From NCBI GenBank assembly GCA_965204375.1, contig OZ241986.1:4288001-4352000 (forward strand): a stretch of DNA of 64,000 nucleotides. The letters run 5' to 3'. The notes beneath the pieces are model-generated. The model did no database searches, was not told the origin of the DNA, and saw only the letters and a program-made list of their open reading frames with translations. Shown piece after piece: positions 1 through 10,178 of this stretch (the first letter of the stretch is position 1; the number at the start of each line of letters is the position of its first letter). The DNA is from Candidatus Latescibacterota bacterium. GTDB taxonomy: Bacteria > Latescibacterota > UBA2968. The translations under genes were made by a program, and so were the position numbers.

Positions 1-94
1 GACCATCGGCTCGTGGCATCGCAGTATGAAGAATTTTTTCAAACCTGTGCTGGCCAGTAAAGTTGCAAAATAAACGTCCTGAAAGAATTACATT

Positions 95-1045
95 ATGACG
101 TGTAAAATTTGTAACAACGAGCAAGGCAACCAAAATTACGAGATACGAGAGATGATGTTCGGCATCGGCGAAACCTTTCGCTATTTCCAGTGTGCCGAAT
201 GTAAGTGCCTGCAGATTGTGGAAATTCCCGCTAACATGGCACGCTACTATCCGGAAAATTACTACTCTTTTAATCAGAAAATTCACGCCAACAGAGTCGT
301 TCGGTTCGCGTTAAAATTGCGGGACCAATACGCTTTTTCGGGCCGTGGACGGATCGGTCAATTCATTCATACGAGATATCCCAAGCCGGCGTTGCATTCC
401 CTGCGCTTTCTTCAACTCGCGCCGACTGCAAGGATTCTTGACGTGGGGTGTGGTGCAGGCACCCTGTTGTATTCCCTCCGCGAACTCGGGATGCAAAATC
501 TGCTCGGCATTGACCCGTTCAACGCTGAAGACATGACCTGTGAAAACGGAGTCCGCGTATTAAAGAGAGACATATTTGACATCCATGGAACCTATGACCT
601 CGTGATGTTCCACCACGCCCTTGAACACATGGCCCAACCTGCCAAAACGCTGGTCAAAACCGCGACACTTTTAAAAAAAAAGGGCTACTGCTTGTTGAGA
701 ATACCTCTGGTGTCTTCCTTCGCCTGGGAATACTACGGCACCAACTGGGTACAACTCGACGCACCGAGACACTTTTATCTTCATTCTCACAAAAGCATTC
801 AGATACTCACCGAGCGCGTTGGTTTGGAACTGCGCCATGTAGCCTACGATTCTACGGCTTTCCAATTTTGGGGCAGTGAGCAATACGCCAGAAATATACC
901 CCTGCGCGATAAACGCTCATATTTGGAAAACCCGGGTGCTTCGATATTTTCCAAAAAGGAAATCGCACAATTCGCCCAACGAGCAGAGGAATGCAACCGC
1001 ACGCATCGGGGCGATTCAGCCATTTTCTATTTTCAAAAACCCTGA
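95..1045 (+). CDS. Class I SAM-dependent methyltransferase with N-terminal Zn-ribbon
   Basis: CKIC...CAEC Cys pairs, ILDVGCGAG SAM motif I, HALEH motif; sits in a surface-glycosylation cluster. Confidence 0.85.
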   Translation: MTCKICNNEQGNQNYEIREMMFGIGETFRYFQCAECKCLQIVEIPANMARYYPENYYSFNQKIHANRVVRFALKLRDQYAFSGRGRIGQFIHTRYPKPALHSLRFLQLAPTARILDVGCGAGTLLYSLRELGMQNLLGIDPFNAEDMTCENGVRVLKRDIFDIHGTYDLVMFHHALEHMAQPAKTLVKTATLLKKKGYCLLRIPLVSSFAWEYYGTNWVQLDAPRHFYLHSHKSIQILTERVGLELRHVAYDSTAFQFWGSEQYARNIPLRDKRSYLENPGASIFSKKEIAQFAQRAEECNRTHRGDSAIFYFQKP

Positions 1046-1150
1046 AAAGCGGTCATAAAATCTACTGCCCCACAAGGAAGAAACCATGCGCAACCTGATT
1101 TTGCCAACCCTATCGCCCTGTATTTTCCACCTGACAATGCCAATTAAGAC

Positions 1151-2740
1151 ATGAACAAAAAACGCCAACAAAAAACATCCACCCCCCTCTTTAACCTCGC
1201 GCAACACGAAAGCAAACCCTATTTCTTACCCGCGCTGGGCCTGTGCGGTTTGCTCATGGGCATTCTCCTTTTCGACGCCAACCTCTCCCTCACCGGCGAC
1301 AATGCCCAATTCATCAACCTGGGCCGATCCCTTGCCGATGGGTATGGACTCTCGGAAACCATAGAAGGCGAACCCATCCCACACACCAAATACCCCTTTG
1401 GATTTCCGCTCCTCCTCGCCATCACCGACATCCTCTTCCCGGGCAACCTCATCGCACTCAAAAGCCTTATTGTCCTCCTCTACGCCATCTCAATCCCCCT
1501 CACCTATCTCCTCATCCGCCGCTTTGCCAGTCCCCCCATGGCACTCGGCGTAAGCGCGCTATGTCTCGCCTCCCCTCTCCTGTTGGATTATTCGCACCAG
1601 GTCATGTCCGAAATCCCCTTTCTCCTGTGTTCACTCATCGCACTCCTCCTCCTCCACCGCGCACACAACGGCTCATCCACGAAGGACACCAAGGACACGA
1701 AGGGGAGAGCAACTTTTCTTCTTGGTGTTTCTTCGCGTCCTTCGTGGATCCTTCTCGCAATCATCGCAATCATCGCAGCCTACTACATCCGCAGTGCGGG
1801 CATCATCCTCATCGCCACCGGCATCATCTTTTTTGCCCTGCACAAAAAATGGAAAGAAGCGGGATTCATCGCCATAGGCAGCAGCATCCTCGCCCTCCCA
1901 TGGCAAATCCGCAACGCATCACTCGGCGGCACCCCCTACATCGAACAACTCCTCAGCATAAACCCCTATCGCCCGGAAGAGGGCATGCTCACATTCACCG
2001 CCCTGATCGAACGCATCCTCGCAAATCTCGAACTCTACAGCCAACTCGTCATCCCCTACATCTTGCTACCCTTTTCTATCGACACCAGCGCTTTTGCCGG
2101 CGTCGGACTCTTCTTCTCCGCCCTGATCCTCTACGCCCTGATCGTCGGACTCATAAAACGGCACTTGCTCATCGTGTACCTCACCTGCTATCTGGGCCTC
2201 TACATCCTCTGGCCTGATATGTGGTCCGACACGCGCTTTCTCGTCCCTGCCATCCCCATCCTCTTCTACGCCATCCTCACCAGCATGGACGAACTGCTCC
2301 GACTTCTCGCCCGAGCACTCAAAAAAACCGCCTCGCGCGCGGGCACTGTACTATTTTTTCTCTTTCTCCTCGGCTCAAATATCCTTGAAACCAACTACCT
2401 CGCCGAACGCATCGGGTGGTTACCACCCAACTGGGACACTTACTTTGCCGCGGCAGAATGGATTAAAGACAACACCGACCCAGATGTCAAAATCGCCTGC
2501 CGCAAGCCGTATCTCATGAACGCGATTGCCAACCGCAAAGCCACGAACTACGCATGGAAAACCCCAGATGAGGTGATTGCCGAATTTGAACAAAAAAACA
2601 TCGACATCGTCGTCATCGACCAGATCGGATATCAATCCACATCCGAATTTCTCGTCCCCGCGGTCCAGGCACATGAAAACCGCTTTGAAATCATCCACAT
2701 CGCACGCAATCCCAACACCTACGTCTTAAAATTCAAATAA
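1151..2740 (+). CDS. Polytopic membrane glycosyltransferase (ArnT/PMT, GT39/GT83-like)
   Basis: Many TM segments; GD..QF...GRSLADG, YPFGFPLLL, VMSEIPF and RFLVP motifs typical of GT-C fold; next to a GT2. Confidence 0.7.
   Translation: MNKKRQQKTSTPLFNLAQHESKPYFLPALGLCGLLMGILLFDANLSLTGDNAQFINLGRSLADGYGLSETIEGEPIPHTKYPFGFPLLLAITDILFPGNLIALKSLIVLLYAISIPLTYLLIRRFASPPMALGVSALCLASPLLLDYSHQVMSEIPFLLCSLIALLLLHRAHNGSSTKDTKDTKGRATFLLGVSSRPSWILLAIIAIIAAYYIRSAGIILIATGIIFFALHKKWKEAGFIAIGSSILALPWQIRNASLGGTPYIEQLLSINPYRPEEGMLTFTALIERILANLELYSQLVIPYILLPFSIDTSAFAGVGLFFSALILYALIVGLIKRHLLIVYLTCYLGLYILWPDMWSDTRFLVPAIPILFYAILTSMDELLRLLARALKKTASRAGTVLFFLFLLGSNILETNYLAERIGWLPPNWDTYFAAAEWIKDNTDPDVKIACRKPYLMNAIANRKATNYAWKTPDEVIAEFEQKNIDIVVIDQIGYQSTSEFLVPAVQAHENRFEIIHIARNPNTYVLKFK
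1675..1749. repeat. 75-bp palindromic element inserted in frame in the glycosyltransferase gene
   Basis: ATCCACGAAGGAC...GTCCTTCGTGGAT terminal inverted repeat with 9-mer units; translates as about STKDTKDTKGRATFLLGVSSRPSW. Confidence 0.75.
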
Positions 2741-2821
2741 CATTCACATTTGTAAAAAAACGCGCCCTTTGCTATCTTTGTCTTTTAACTCTAATCCTCT
2801 AACCTCAACAACACGCGCCCC

Positions 2822-3751
2822 ATGCCCGACCTCAGCCTCGTCATACCCCTGCTCAACGAAGAAGAAAGCCTGCGCCCGCTCATGGAACAAATCCGCGGCG
2901 TGCTCGCCACCCAGAACCGTACCTACGAAGTCATCTTCATCGACGACGGCAGCACCGACGGGTCAATCACCGTATTGGAAGACCTGCACAACACCCATCC
3001 CGAAGTCAAAGTCATCCAATTTCGGCGCAACTTTGGCAAAGCCGCTGCTTATACCGCCGGATTTCAACGCGCACGCGGCACTTATGTCATCACTATGGAC
3101 GCCGACTTGCAAGACGACCCCGCGGAAATCCCCAACCTCCTATCCAAAATCGAAGAAGGCTATGACCTCGTCTCTGGATGGAAGAAAAAGCGCTTTGACC
3201 CACTGGGCAAAACCCTGCCCTCCAAATTCTTCAACTGGGTCACGGGCTTCGTTTCCGGCATTGACATACACGACTTTAACTGCGGTCTCAAAATCTATCG
3301 CAGCGAAGTCACAAAAGACATACGCGTACTCGGCGAACTCCACCGCTACATCCCCGTACTCGCCCACATGGAAGGATATCGCATCGGTGAAATACCCGTC
3401 CAGCACCACCCGCGACAATACGGCGTAACCAAATACGGCTGGGGGCGCCTGCTCAAAGGATTTTTTGACCTCCTCACCGTCATGTACATCGGCAAATACA
3501 TGGGCCGACCACTCCACCTCTTTGGCACAGTGGGCCTCATCTTTGGCATCACGGGCATGCTCATCAACGCATACATCGCATCCCTCTGGCTCCAAACCGG
3601 CACCATTCAATACCGGTATCCCCTCCTGATGCTCGGGGTTTTTCTCACCGTACTCGGCGTGCAATTCGTCTGCACGGGCCTGCTCGCCGACATGCTGACC
3701 CGGGGACCACAGCCCAACGAAAAATTCAACATTCGAAAAATTTTGGACTAA
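2822..3751 (+). CDS. Glycosyltransferase family 2 (ArnC/polyprenol-phosphate glycosyltransferase-like)
   Basis: LSLVIPLLNEE, IDDGSTD, RNFGK, TMDADLQDDP motifs and two C-terminal TM helices. Confidence 0.92.
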   Translation: MPDLSLVIPLLNEEESLRPLMEQIRGVLATQNRTYEVIFIDDGSTDGSITVLEDLHNTHPEVKVIQFRRNFGKAAAYTAGFQRARGTYVITMDADLQDDPAEIPNLLSKIEEGYDLVSGWKKKRFDPLGKTLPSKFFNWVTGFVSGIDIHDFNCGLKIYRSEVTKDIRVLGELHRYIPVLAHMEGYRIGEIPVQHHPRQYGVTKYGWGRLLKGFFDLLTVMYIGKYMGRPLHLFGTVGLIFGITGMLINAYIASLWLQTGTIQYRYPLLMLGVFLTVLGVQFVCTGLLADMLTRGPQPNEKFNIRKILD

Positions 3752-4876
3752 ATGACACCCAAAAACATTCTCATCACCGGCGGCATGGGATTCGTCGGCT
3801 CCTACCTCGTCGATGAACTCGTACAGCGCGGACACCGCGTACGCATCTTTGACAACCTGGACCCGCAGGTACACCCCAACCGCGAATTGCCGGACTACGC
3901 CAATCCCCATGCCGAATTTATCCAGGCCGACATCCGCGATTACGACGCCTTAAAAAAAGCCCTTCAAGGCATTGAAATCATCTTCCACAAAGCCGCCGCC
4001 GTTGGCGTGGGACAATCTCAATACGAAATCAAAAAATACGTTGACGTCAACACCGGAGGCACGGCGAACCTGCTCGACATCCTCGCCAACAACAAACACA
4101 ACATTGAAAAACTCATCGTCGCAGCCTCGCAAACCAGCTATGGCGAGGGCCTCTACACCTGTGCAGAACACGGCACACAACACCCTAATCTCCGCCCAGA
4201 AAATCAGCTAAAAAGAGCCCACTGGGAACACAAGTGTCCCGTATGCGGTGAGGACATGTCCCCAGCACCTGTACCCGAAGACGCCCAACGCTTATGTCAC
4301 ACCATCTACGCACAAACCAAAACGCATCAAGAAGACATGGTCCTCAACATCTGCCGCACCTACAAAATACCCTCAGTAGCCCTGCGCTACTTCAACATCT
4401 TCGGACCCCGGCAATCGCTCTCCAACCCCTATACGGGTGTAACCGCCATCTTCATGAGCCGCCTCAAAAACAACAAAAGACCCGTCATCTACGAAGACGG
4501 CAAACAATCGCGCGATTTCATCTCCGTCCACGACATCGTCCGGGCCAACATCCTCGCCATGGAAAAATCTGAAGGAGATTACCAGGCATTTAACGTCGGC
4601 AGCGGGATCGGCACATCCATTGAACACATCGCCCTGACCCTGTCCAGTATCCTGGGCATCGAACACCTCGCGCCCGACATCCCCGGAACCTATCGCCAGG
4701 GCGACATCCGTCACAGCATCGCCGACATCTCGCGCATAAAAAAAACACTGGGCTTTAAGCCCAGTGTCAGTTTTCAACACGGCATGGAAGAACTCGTCGA
4801 ATGGGGGCGAGACCGAGAAGCCATAGACGGCTTTGCAAAAGCGCAAGACGCACTACAGCAAAGAGGTCTAATTTAA
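3752..4876 (+). CDS. NAD-dependent nucleotide-sugar epimerase/dehydratase
   Basis: ITGGMGFVG Rossmann motif, YAQTK (YxxxK), LRYFNIFGPRQ, RDFISVHD. Confidence 0.92.
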   Translation: MTPKNILITGGMGFVGSYLVDELVQRGHRVRIFDNLDPQVHPNRELPDYANPHAEFIQADIRDYDALKKALQGIEIIFHKAAAVGVGQSQYEIKKYVDVNTGGTANLLDILANNKHNIEKLIVAASQTSYGEGLYTCAEHGTQHPNLRPENQLKRAHWEHKCPVCGEDMSPAPVPEDAQRLCHTIYAQTKTHQEDMVLNICRTYKIPSVALRYFNIFGPRQSLSNPYTGVTAIFMSRLKNNKRPVIYEDGKQSRDFISVHDIVRANILAMEKSEGDYQAFNVGSGIGTSIEHIALTLSSILGIEHLAPDIPGTYRQGDIRHSIADISRIKKTLGFKPSVSFQHGMEELVEWGRDREAIDGFAKAQDALQQRGLI

Positions 4877-5034
4877 ACCGGAACAAATTCACGAACGGGA
4901 ACCCGTTCCCGTGTCTCGTGATCTCGGCGCAGCATTGTCCGAATTTTTTCAGACCGGTCAACATCACCGTGAATCGCATAAAACAGCGCGCGATACGCCA
5001 TCTGGTCGCGTTTTTCCAGATCGATGCACATCAT
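4873..5034 (-). CDS. Small hypothetical protein, 53 aa (MMCIDLEKRDQMAYRALFYAIHG...)
   Basis: Translated by hand (below the ORF-track cutoff); AAGGAG RBS and a sigma-54-type promoter upstream. Confidence 0.5.
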   Translation of the reverse strand: MMCIDLEKRDQMAYRALFYAIHGDVDRSEKIRTMLRRDHETRERVPVREFVPV

Positions 5035-5083
5035 GTCATATCTCCTTCTATGGGTGACAGTTTTTCAGTACCTTTATCTATAA

Positions 5084-5099
5084 AGCAAATCCCGTGCCA
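5084..5099 (-). promoter_or_regulatory. Sigma-54 (-24/-12) promoter
   Basis: Minus strand reads TGGCACGGGATTTGCT, matching TGGCAC-N5-TTGC(A/T). Confidence 0.65.
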
Positions 5100-5276
5100 T
5101 TTATGCCATTTTTGTAAAAATTTTATTTAATAACTGATTTTACAGAACTTATCAAAAAACGCTCATATCTAACTGAAAAATTCATGTGGCAAAAATGGAA
5201 CATTATGGTCAAAATGACCACCTATAACCCAACAAATTGGCACATTTTTCCCTATTCTCTTCAGGAGTAATCCTTC

Positions 5277-6560
5277 ATGCTCGACATCAATCTCATTCGC
5301 AAAAACCCCGAATACGTCATCCAGGCATTGAAAAAACGCATGGACGACATCGACTTCACAGACCTGCTCGTCTGGGATGAAAAACGCCGCACGCACATCG
5401 CAGAAGCCGGGCAGCTACGCGCAAAACGCAACAGCGTCTCCGCCCAAATCCCCCAAATAAAAAAAGCGGGCGGAGACATCGCCCAGATACAAACGGAAAT
5501 GCGCGACGTCTCGACCCGCATCAAAACCATTGAAACCGAACTCGCGGAAATCGAACACAATATCCATCAGTTTATCGAAAGCCTCCCCAACATACCCGCA
5601 GACGACGTACCCCCCGGAGACAAAGAAAACAACCGCGTCGTACGCACATGGGGCGAAAAACCCGCACCCGACTTTGATCCCTATGACCACATCGACCTCG
5701 TCACCCATCTTCGCCTGATCGACTACGAACGCGGCGTCAAAATGGGCGGAACGGGATTCTGGCTCTATATCGGCGACGGCGCACGCCTCGAATGGGCCTT
5801 GCTCAACTACTTCATCGACAGCCATATTGACGACGGCTACGAATTTGTACTCCCCCCACACATACTCAACGAAGCCTGTGGCTTCACCGCCGGGCAATTC
5901 CCCAAATTTGCCGACGACGTATTCCACCTCAAAACGGGCGACGACAAAGTGCAATTCCTCTTGCCCACCTCTGAAACCGCATTGATCAACTTCTACCGGG
6001 ACGAAATCATCCCCGAAACCGACCTGCCCAAAAAATTCTTCTCCTACACCCCCTGTTACCGCAAAGAAGCCGGCAGTTATCGGGCACAGGAAAGGGGCAT
6101 GATTCGCGGTCACCAATTCAACAAAATCGAAATGTTCCAATTCACCCGTCCCGAAGACTCCGAAGACGCGCTCGAAGAACTCATCCACAAAGCCGAAAAA
6201 CTCACCCAGAGCCTGGGCCTGCATCACCGCGTATCCATGCTCGCCGCAAAAGACGTCAGCGCTTCCATGGCCAAAACCTATGATATTGAAGTCTGGATCC
6301 CCAGCATGAACGAATACAAAGAAGTCAGCTCTGCATCCAATGCGGGCGACTACCAGGCAAGACGCGGCAGCATCCGATTTAAACGCACAGAAACCGGCAA
6401 AAACGAACTCGTACACACCCTCAACGCCTCGGGCCTGGCGACCAGCCGCATCATCCCCGCAATCGTCGAACAAAATCAAAACAGTGACGGCAGCGTCACC
6501 ATCCCCGAAGTCCTGAGACCCTATCTGGGGGGAAAAGAAATTTTTGAACCCGTGGATTAG
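5277..6560 (+). CDS. serS: Serine--tRNA ligase
   Basis: MLDINLIR N-terminus, LLPTSE, CYRKEAG, RGHQFNKIE, EVSSASN, TLNASGLATSR class II motifs. Confidence 0.97.
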   Translation: MLDINLIRKNPEYVIQALKKRMDDIDFTDLLVWDEKRRTHIAEAGQLRAKRNSVSAQIPQIKKAGGDIAQIQTEMRDVSTRIKTIETELAEIEHNIHQFIESLPNIPADDVPPGDKENNRVVRTWGEKPAPDFDPYDHIDLVTHLRLIDYERGVKMGGTGFWLYIGDGARLEWALLNYFIDSHIDDGYEFVLPPHILNEACGFTAGQFPKFADDVFHLKTGDDKVQFLLPTSETALINFYRDEIIPETDLPKKFFSYTPCYRKEAGSYRAQERGMIRGHQFNKIEMFQFTRPEDSEDALEELIHKAEKLTQSLGLHHRVSMLAAKDVSASMAKTYDIEVWIPSMNEYKEVSSASNAGDYQARRGSIRFKRTETGKNELVHTLNASGLATSRIIPAIVEQNQNSDGSVTIPEVLRPYLGGKEIFEPVD

Positions 6561-6577
6561 TTCCTATTTACCAAAAA

Positions 6578-6629
6578 ACAAACAAAGCCCGCCGGAAAAA
6601 CCGACGGGCTTTCTTATTATTCTGGTAGC
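6578..6629. repeat. Imperfect copy of the tRNA-Met 3' end plus terminator hairpin (att-like boundary; also plausible serS terminator)
   Basis: ACAAACAAAGCCCG...GACGGGCTTT...TGGTAGC resembles 8392-8449. Confidence 0.6.
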
Positions 6630-6751
6630 CCAACTGTTCCACTATGCAAAAAATGCTTAAAGGCTTGCATAAAATTTGATATATGATATTTTATCAAAAC
6701 AAATCGCAATAAATTATAACGACAAATCAAACCATAATCTCGGACAAGACC

Positions 6752-7366
6752 ATGAAGCCTCCTAGTTTTATTGAGAAATCAGTTTCAGAGATGGCTGTTC
6801 CTCGATTCAAAGAGCATAAAACGACTCAAATCGCAGTGTTATTAGTAAAGTATAGTGGTGGCAAAATTGATCTGTATAAGCTAATTAAGCTAATTTATCT
6901 TATTGATAGAGAGTCGTTGAAACGCAGAGGCCATCCCGTGACGTTTGACCGGCCCTATAACCTTCCATTGGGACCTACACCGAGTCATACTTATCATTTG
7001 ATTTGGAATCCTTGGGACGGGGAGTATTGGTCTCGGTCTTTTTCGCTTCCGAACAAAAACATTATCAGGTTACTCAATAATGATATAGGTAATGGAGAAT
7101 TATCCCAATTTGAGATAAATTTAATCAGTGAGATATATGAAGAATTTGGAAATAAATCGTTTAATGAATTAAAAAAGTATGTTCATTCTTTGCCAGAATT
7201 TGATGACCCTGGTCACTCTTCTGCGCCGATGGAGTGGGACAGGCTACTCAAAGCCGTGGGGTGGACTGGTGATGACTTAGTCGCAATAAGAAAAGAGTTT
7301 AATGCCATAGCAACGTTTGAAAACATGATTGATAATGCGACTATGAGTGAAAATACAAGAGAGTAA
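6752..7366 (+). CDS. Panacea (DUF4065/SocA-like) antitoxin-domain protein
   Basis: KLIKLIYLIDRESL...GHPVTFD.PY.LPLGPTPS signature; AT-rich relative to flanks. Confidence 0.8.
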   Translation: MKPPSFIEKSVSEMAVPRFKEHKTTQIAVLLVKYSGGKIDLYKLIKLIYLIDRESLKRRGHPVTFDRPYNLPLGPTPSHTYHLIWNPWDGEYWSRSFSLPNKNIIRLLNNDIGNGELSQFEINLISEIYEEFGNKSFNELKKYVHSLPEFDDPGHSSAPMEWDRLLKAVGWTGDDLVAIRKEFNAIATFENMIDNATMSENTRE

Positions 7367-7547
7367 GGTACGATACTATATGGTATTTGCAGGCAAATGT
7401 GTCTTACTTGACGATTCAGGTAGTTGAAGTGCGCCCCATTAGTTGAACCGATATTAAAGGCTAATTGCCATTGGGTATCAGCGTAGTATTTTCTTATACA
7501 AAGATATGATGGTCAAATATCCACCAAAACGGGGCAAGTCCAGATAT

Positions 7548-7874
7548 TTAGCGAGACGATACTGTTTCCTGCAGAGGATAAAAAGAAATTCGAATCTGTT
7601 TATGTAAAGCGGCGGCGATTCGCCGTAGCATAGCAAGTGAGTGTCCTTCGTAGTCTGCATTTTCAAGTCTGCAGATAACAGATGCCGATGTCCCAACCTT
7701 TTTTGCCAATTCTCGTTGGGACAGTCCAGACTCAATTCTGATCTGGTAAAGTTGGGCAGCAACTTCGGCGTGTATTCTTTCTGTTTTTAACAGGGCTTCC
7801 ATTTCCTGGTCGCCTTCAACATAGCGTTTGTGAAGAATCGCTACGGCATCGGTAGTTTTGTGTGTTTTCATCAA
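7548..7874 (-). CDS. XRE-family HTH antitoxin (HigA-like)
   Basis: GLSQRELAKKVGTSASVICRLE HTH; overlaps the toxin stop codon. Confidence 0.88.
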   Translation of the reverse strand: MMKTHKTTDAVAILHKRYVEGDQEMEALLKTERIHAEVAAQLYQIRIESGLSQRELAKKVGTSASVICRLENADYEGHSLAMLRRIAAALHKQIRISFYPLQETVSSR

Positions 7875-8245
7875 TCATTCTCCTGCGAATAGGTGTGTCG
7901 CCCGGGGTTCTGTTCAAAATTTCTTTTTCTTTGGATTGCGAGGTTAATTTCTGTGGAAGGTACGCGCTGTTCTTTAACAATACCGTGTGAAATCACAGTG
8001 GCATTACGACCGAAAAAAAAGTAAAGAAGCCGATATTGAATGCCGCGATAAGCGATGCGAAGCTCATAGATGTCGTCTCTCAAGTAATCAGATTCGGGCC
8101 TCCGAAGTTCATAACCTAATTTTTGGAGTCGTTCAATTTTCACGATGCATTTGGCTTTGACTTTAGGAAGGAGTGCATCAAGCCAGGCGAGAACTGGAAT
8201 GTTTCCATTCGTTTCTTGATAGAATATGACCTGGATTTCCGGCAT
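7871..8245 (-). CDS. RelE/ParE-superfamily toxin (HigB/Gp49-like)
   Basis: PVLAWL...LRRPESDYLRDDIYELR...YRLLYFF...HGIVK; toxin-first HigBA order. Confidence 0.88.
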   Translation of the reverse strand: MPEIQVIFYQETNGNIPVLAWLDALLPKVKAKCIVKIERLQKLGYELRRPESDYLRDDIYELRIAYRGIQYRLLYFFFGRNATVISHGIVKEQRVPSTEINLAIQRKRNFEQNPGRHTYSQEND

Positions 8246-8442
8246 TGAGTATCGTTATTTCCTGAGTGAAGCTTTCTATATTTATTTTAATGTTCTCAAA
8301 TTTAAGAACAAAGTCAACAAATTTTATTCTTGAGCAAATGGAGTTACTCCGTTTTAGTGGACAACGTTATACCCCTCTACTCTCCTCAATTACAAACAAA
8401 GCCCGTCGATCACCACCGATTGACGGGCTTTGTTATTTTTTG

Positions 8443-8518
8443 TGGTAGCGGCAGAGGGACTCGAACCCCCGACCCATGGATTATGATTCCACTGCTCTAC
8501 CAGCTGAGCTATGCCGCC
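8443..8518 (-). tRNA. tRNA-Met (CAT), elongator type
   Basis: Reverse complement GGCGGCATAGCTCAGCTGGTAGAGCAGTGGAATCATAATCCATGGGTCGGGGGTTCGAGTCCCTCTGCCGCTACCA, 76 nt with CCA. Confidence 0.95.
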
Positions 8519-8575
8519 ACATAATATCAGGGCGAGAAAAATACAGGAAAACGCTTATAGTGTCAAGCATACAAA

Positions 8576-8768
8576 AGAAGTTAGAAGGAAGAAGGAAGAA
8601 GTGAGAAAACCCCGCTCCACCACACAAAAGCTGGTGTCTCATTCTCCTTCTCACTTCCTACTTCACACTTCACACTTCCTACTTCACACTTCACACTTCA
8701 CCCTTCCTACTTCACACTTCACCCTTCACACTTCACACTTCCTACTTCACACTTCACCCTTCTCACTT
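8576..8768. repeat. Heptamer-armed intergenic element (AGAAGTT-type arm, ~40-bp core, (CACACTT)n arm), copy 1
   Basis: Tandem 7-mers; core AAACCCCGCTCCACCACACAAAAGCTGGTGTCTCATTC is similar to the other copies. Confidence 0.85.
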
Positions 8769-8822
8769 GACAACCACCTCAATATAAGGTATTCATGAAA
8801 ATATACATGGAGGACCTTGTCG

Positions 8823-10157
8823 ATGAAACCTGTACTCACATTCCTCGTACTCCTTCTGGGACTCGGTTTACCCACCCGGGCAGAAGAAGTACACGTCGCC
8901 AAAATCAACGGCACAATTGAAGGCGGCGTTGCCGCTTTTGTCACGCGCGTCATGAACGACGCAGAAGACGCGGGCGTCAAAGCCGTCATCTTTGAAATCG
9001 ACACCCCTGGTGGTGCCCTCGACGCCGCGCTCACCATCCGGGACGCCATACTCTACAGCGAAACCAAAACCATCGCCTTCATCAACCCCCGCGCAATATC
9101 TGCAGGTGCCCTCATCGCGCTATCTACCGACCACATCATCATGGTCGAAGGCGGCACCATTGGCGCGGCCACAGCCGTTGATATGCAGGGCAACAAAGCC
9201 AGTGAAAAAATCATCTCGTACTTCCGCAACGAAATGAAAGCCACAGCCGAAAAAACCGGCCGCTCCTCCAAACTGGCCGAAGCCATGGTCGATGAAGACG
9301 TCGATGTCGAGGGCCTCGCCCCCAAAGGCAAGCTCCTCACCCTCACCACTGAAGAAGCCATTGAAAACGGCATCGCCGACCACAAAATCGCCGAAAAAAA
9401 CGAATCGGAAAAACTCATCGCCGTACTCAAACACTACGACCTCGTGCAGGCCAGCATCATCCACCAATCGACCAACTGGGCCGAACAACTCGTGCGCTAT
9501 CTCACCAACCCCTACCTGGCCTCGCTGCTCATGACCTTGGGATTTCTGGGCCTGATCTTCGAAATCCAAAGCCCGGGCTGGGGCATCGGCGGCACCATCG
9601 GCTTAGTCTGCCTGGGACTCTTTTTCGGCAGCCACCTCCTCGTCAACCTCGCCGACTGGTCTGAAATCCTCATCTTTTTTATCGGCATCGCACTCATCCT
9701 CCTCGACCTGTTCTTTGTCATGGGCTTTGGCCTCCTCGCCATTCCCGGCGCAATCCTGGTCTTAACCAGCCTGTTTTTAAGCCTCATGGGTCGCTATGAC
9801 CTCTGGACCTGGAACGACATCAACGCCGCGCTCACCCCCTTGCTCTTATCCGTGATCCTCACCGGTGTCCTGACCATTCTCATTTTGCGTTCCCTCCCAA
9901 AATCCAGAATGTGGAACCGCCTTGTACTCGACACCGAAGAAAAATCCTCCGAAGGATATGTTGCGGCACCCTACAGCGACCTCCTCGGCATGTCGGGCAC
10001 CGCATTCACAGACCTGCGCCCCGGAGGTACCGGCGTATTTGACGGTCGCCGCATCAGCGTATCGACCGAAGGCGAATACTTAACCAAAGACACACCCGTC
10101 ACAATCATCGAAGTCGAAGGCAGTCGCGTCATCGTGCGAAAAATCGAAGACACATAA
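8823..10157 (+). CDS. nfeD: NfeD-family membrane serine protease-like protein (long form)
   Basis: IDTPGG, AISAGALIAL, IGAA, EAMVD ClpP-like domain, TM region, TDLRPGG C-terminal OB fold; precedes floA. Confidence 0.93.
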   Translation: MKPVLTFLVLLLGLGLPTRAEEVHVAKINGTIEGGVAAFVTRVMNDAEDAGVKAVIFEIDTPGGALDAALTIRDAILYSETKTIAFINPRAISAGALIALSTDHIIMVEGGTIGAATAVDMQGNKASEKIISYFRNEMKATAEKTGRSSKLAEAMVDEDVDVEGLAPKGKLLTLTTEEAIENGIADHKIAEKNESEKLIAVLKHYDLVQASIIHQSTNWAEQLVRYLTNPYLASLLMTLGFLGLIFEIQSPGWGIGGTIGLVCLGLFFGSHLLVNLADWSEILIFFIGIALILLDLFFVMGFGLLAIPGAILVLTSLFLSLMGRYDLWTWNDINAALTPLLLSVILTGVLTILILRSLPKSRMWNRLVLDTEEKSSEGYVAAPYSDLLGMSGTAFTDLRPGGTGVFDGRRISVSTEGEYLTKDTPVTIIEVEGSRVIVRKIEDT

Positions 10158-10178
10158 GTCACTTTTAAGGAGCTTTTC

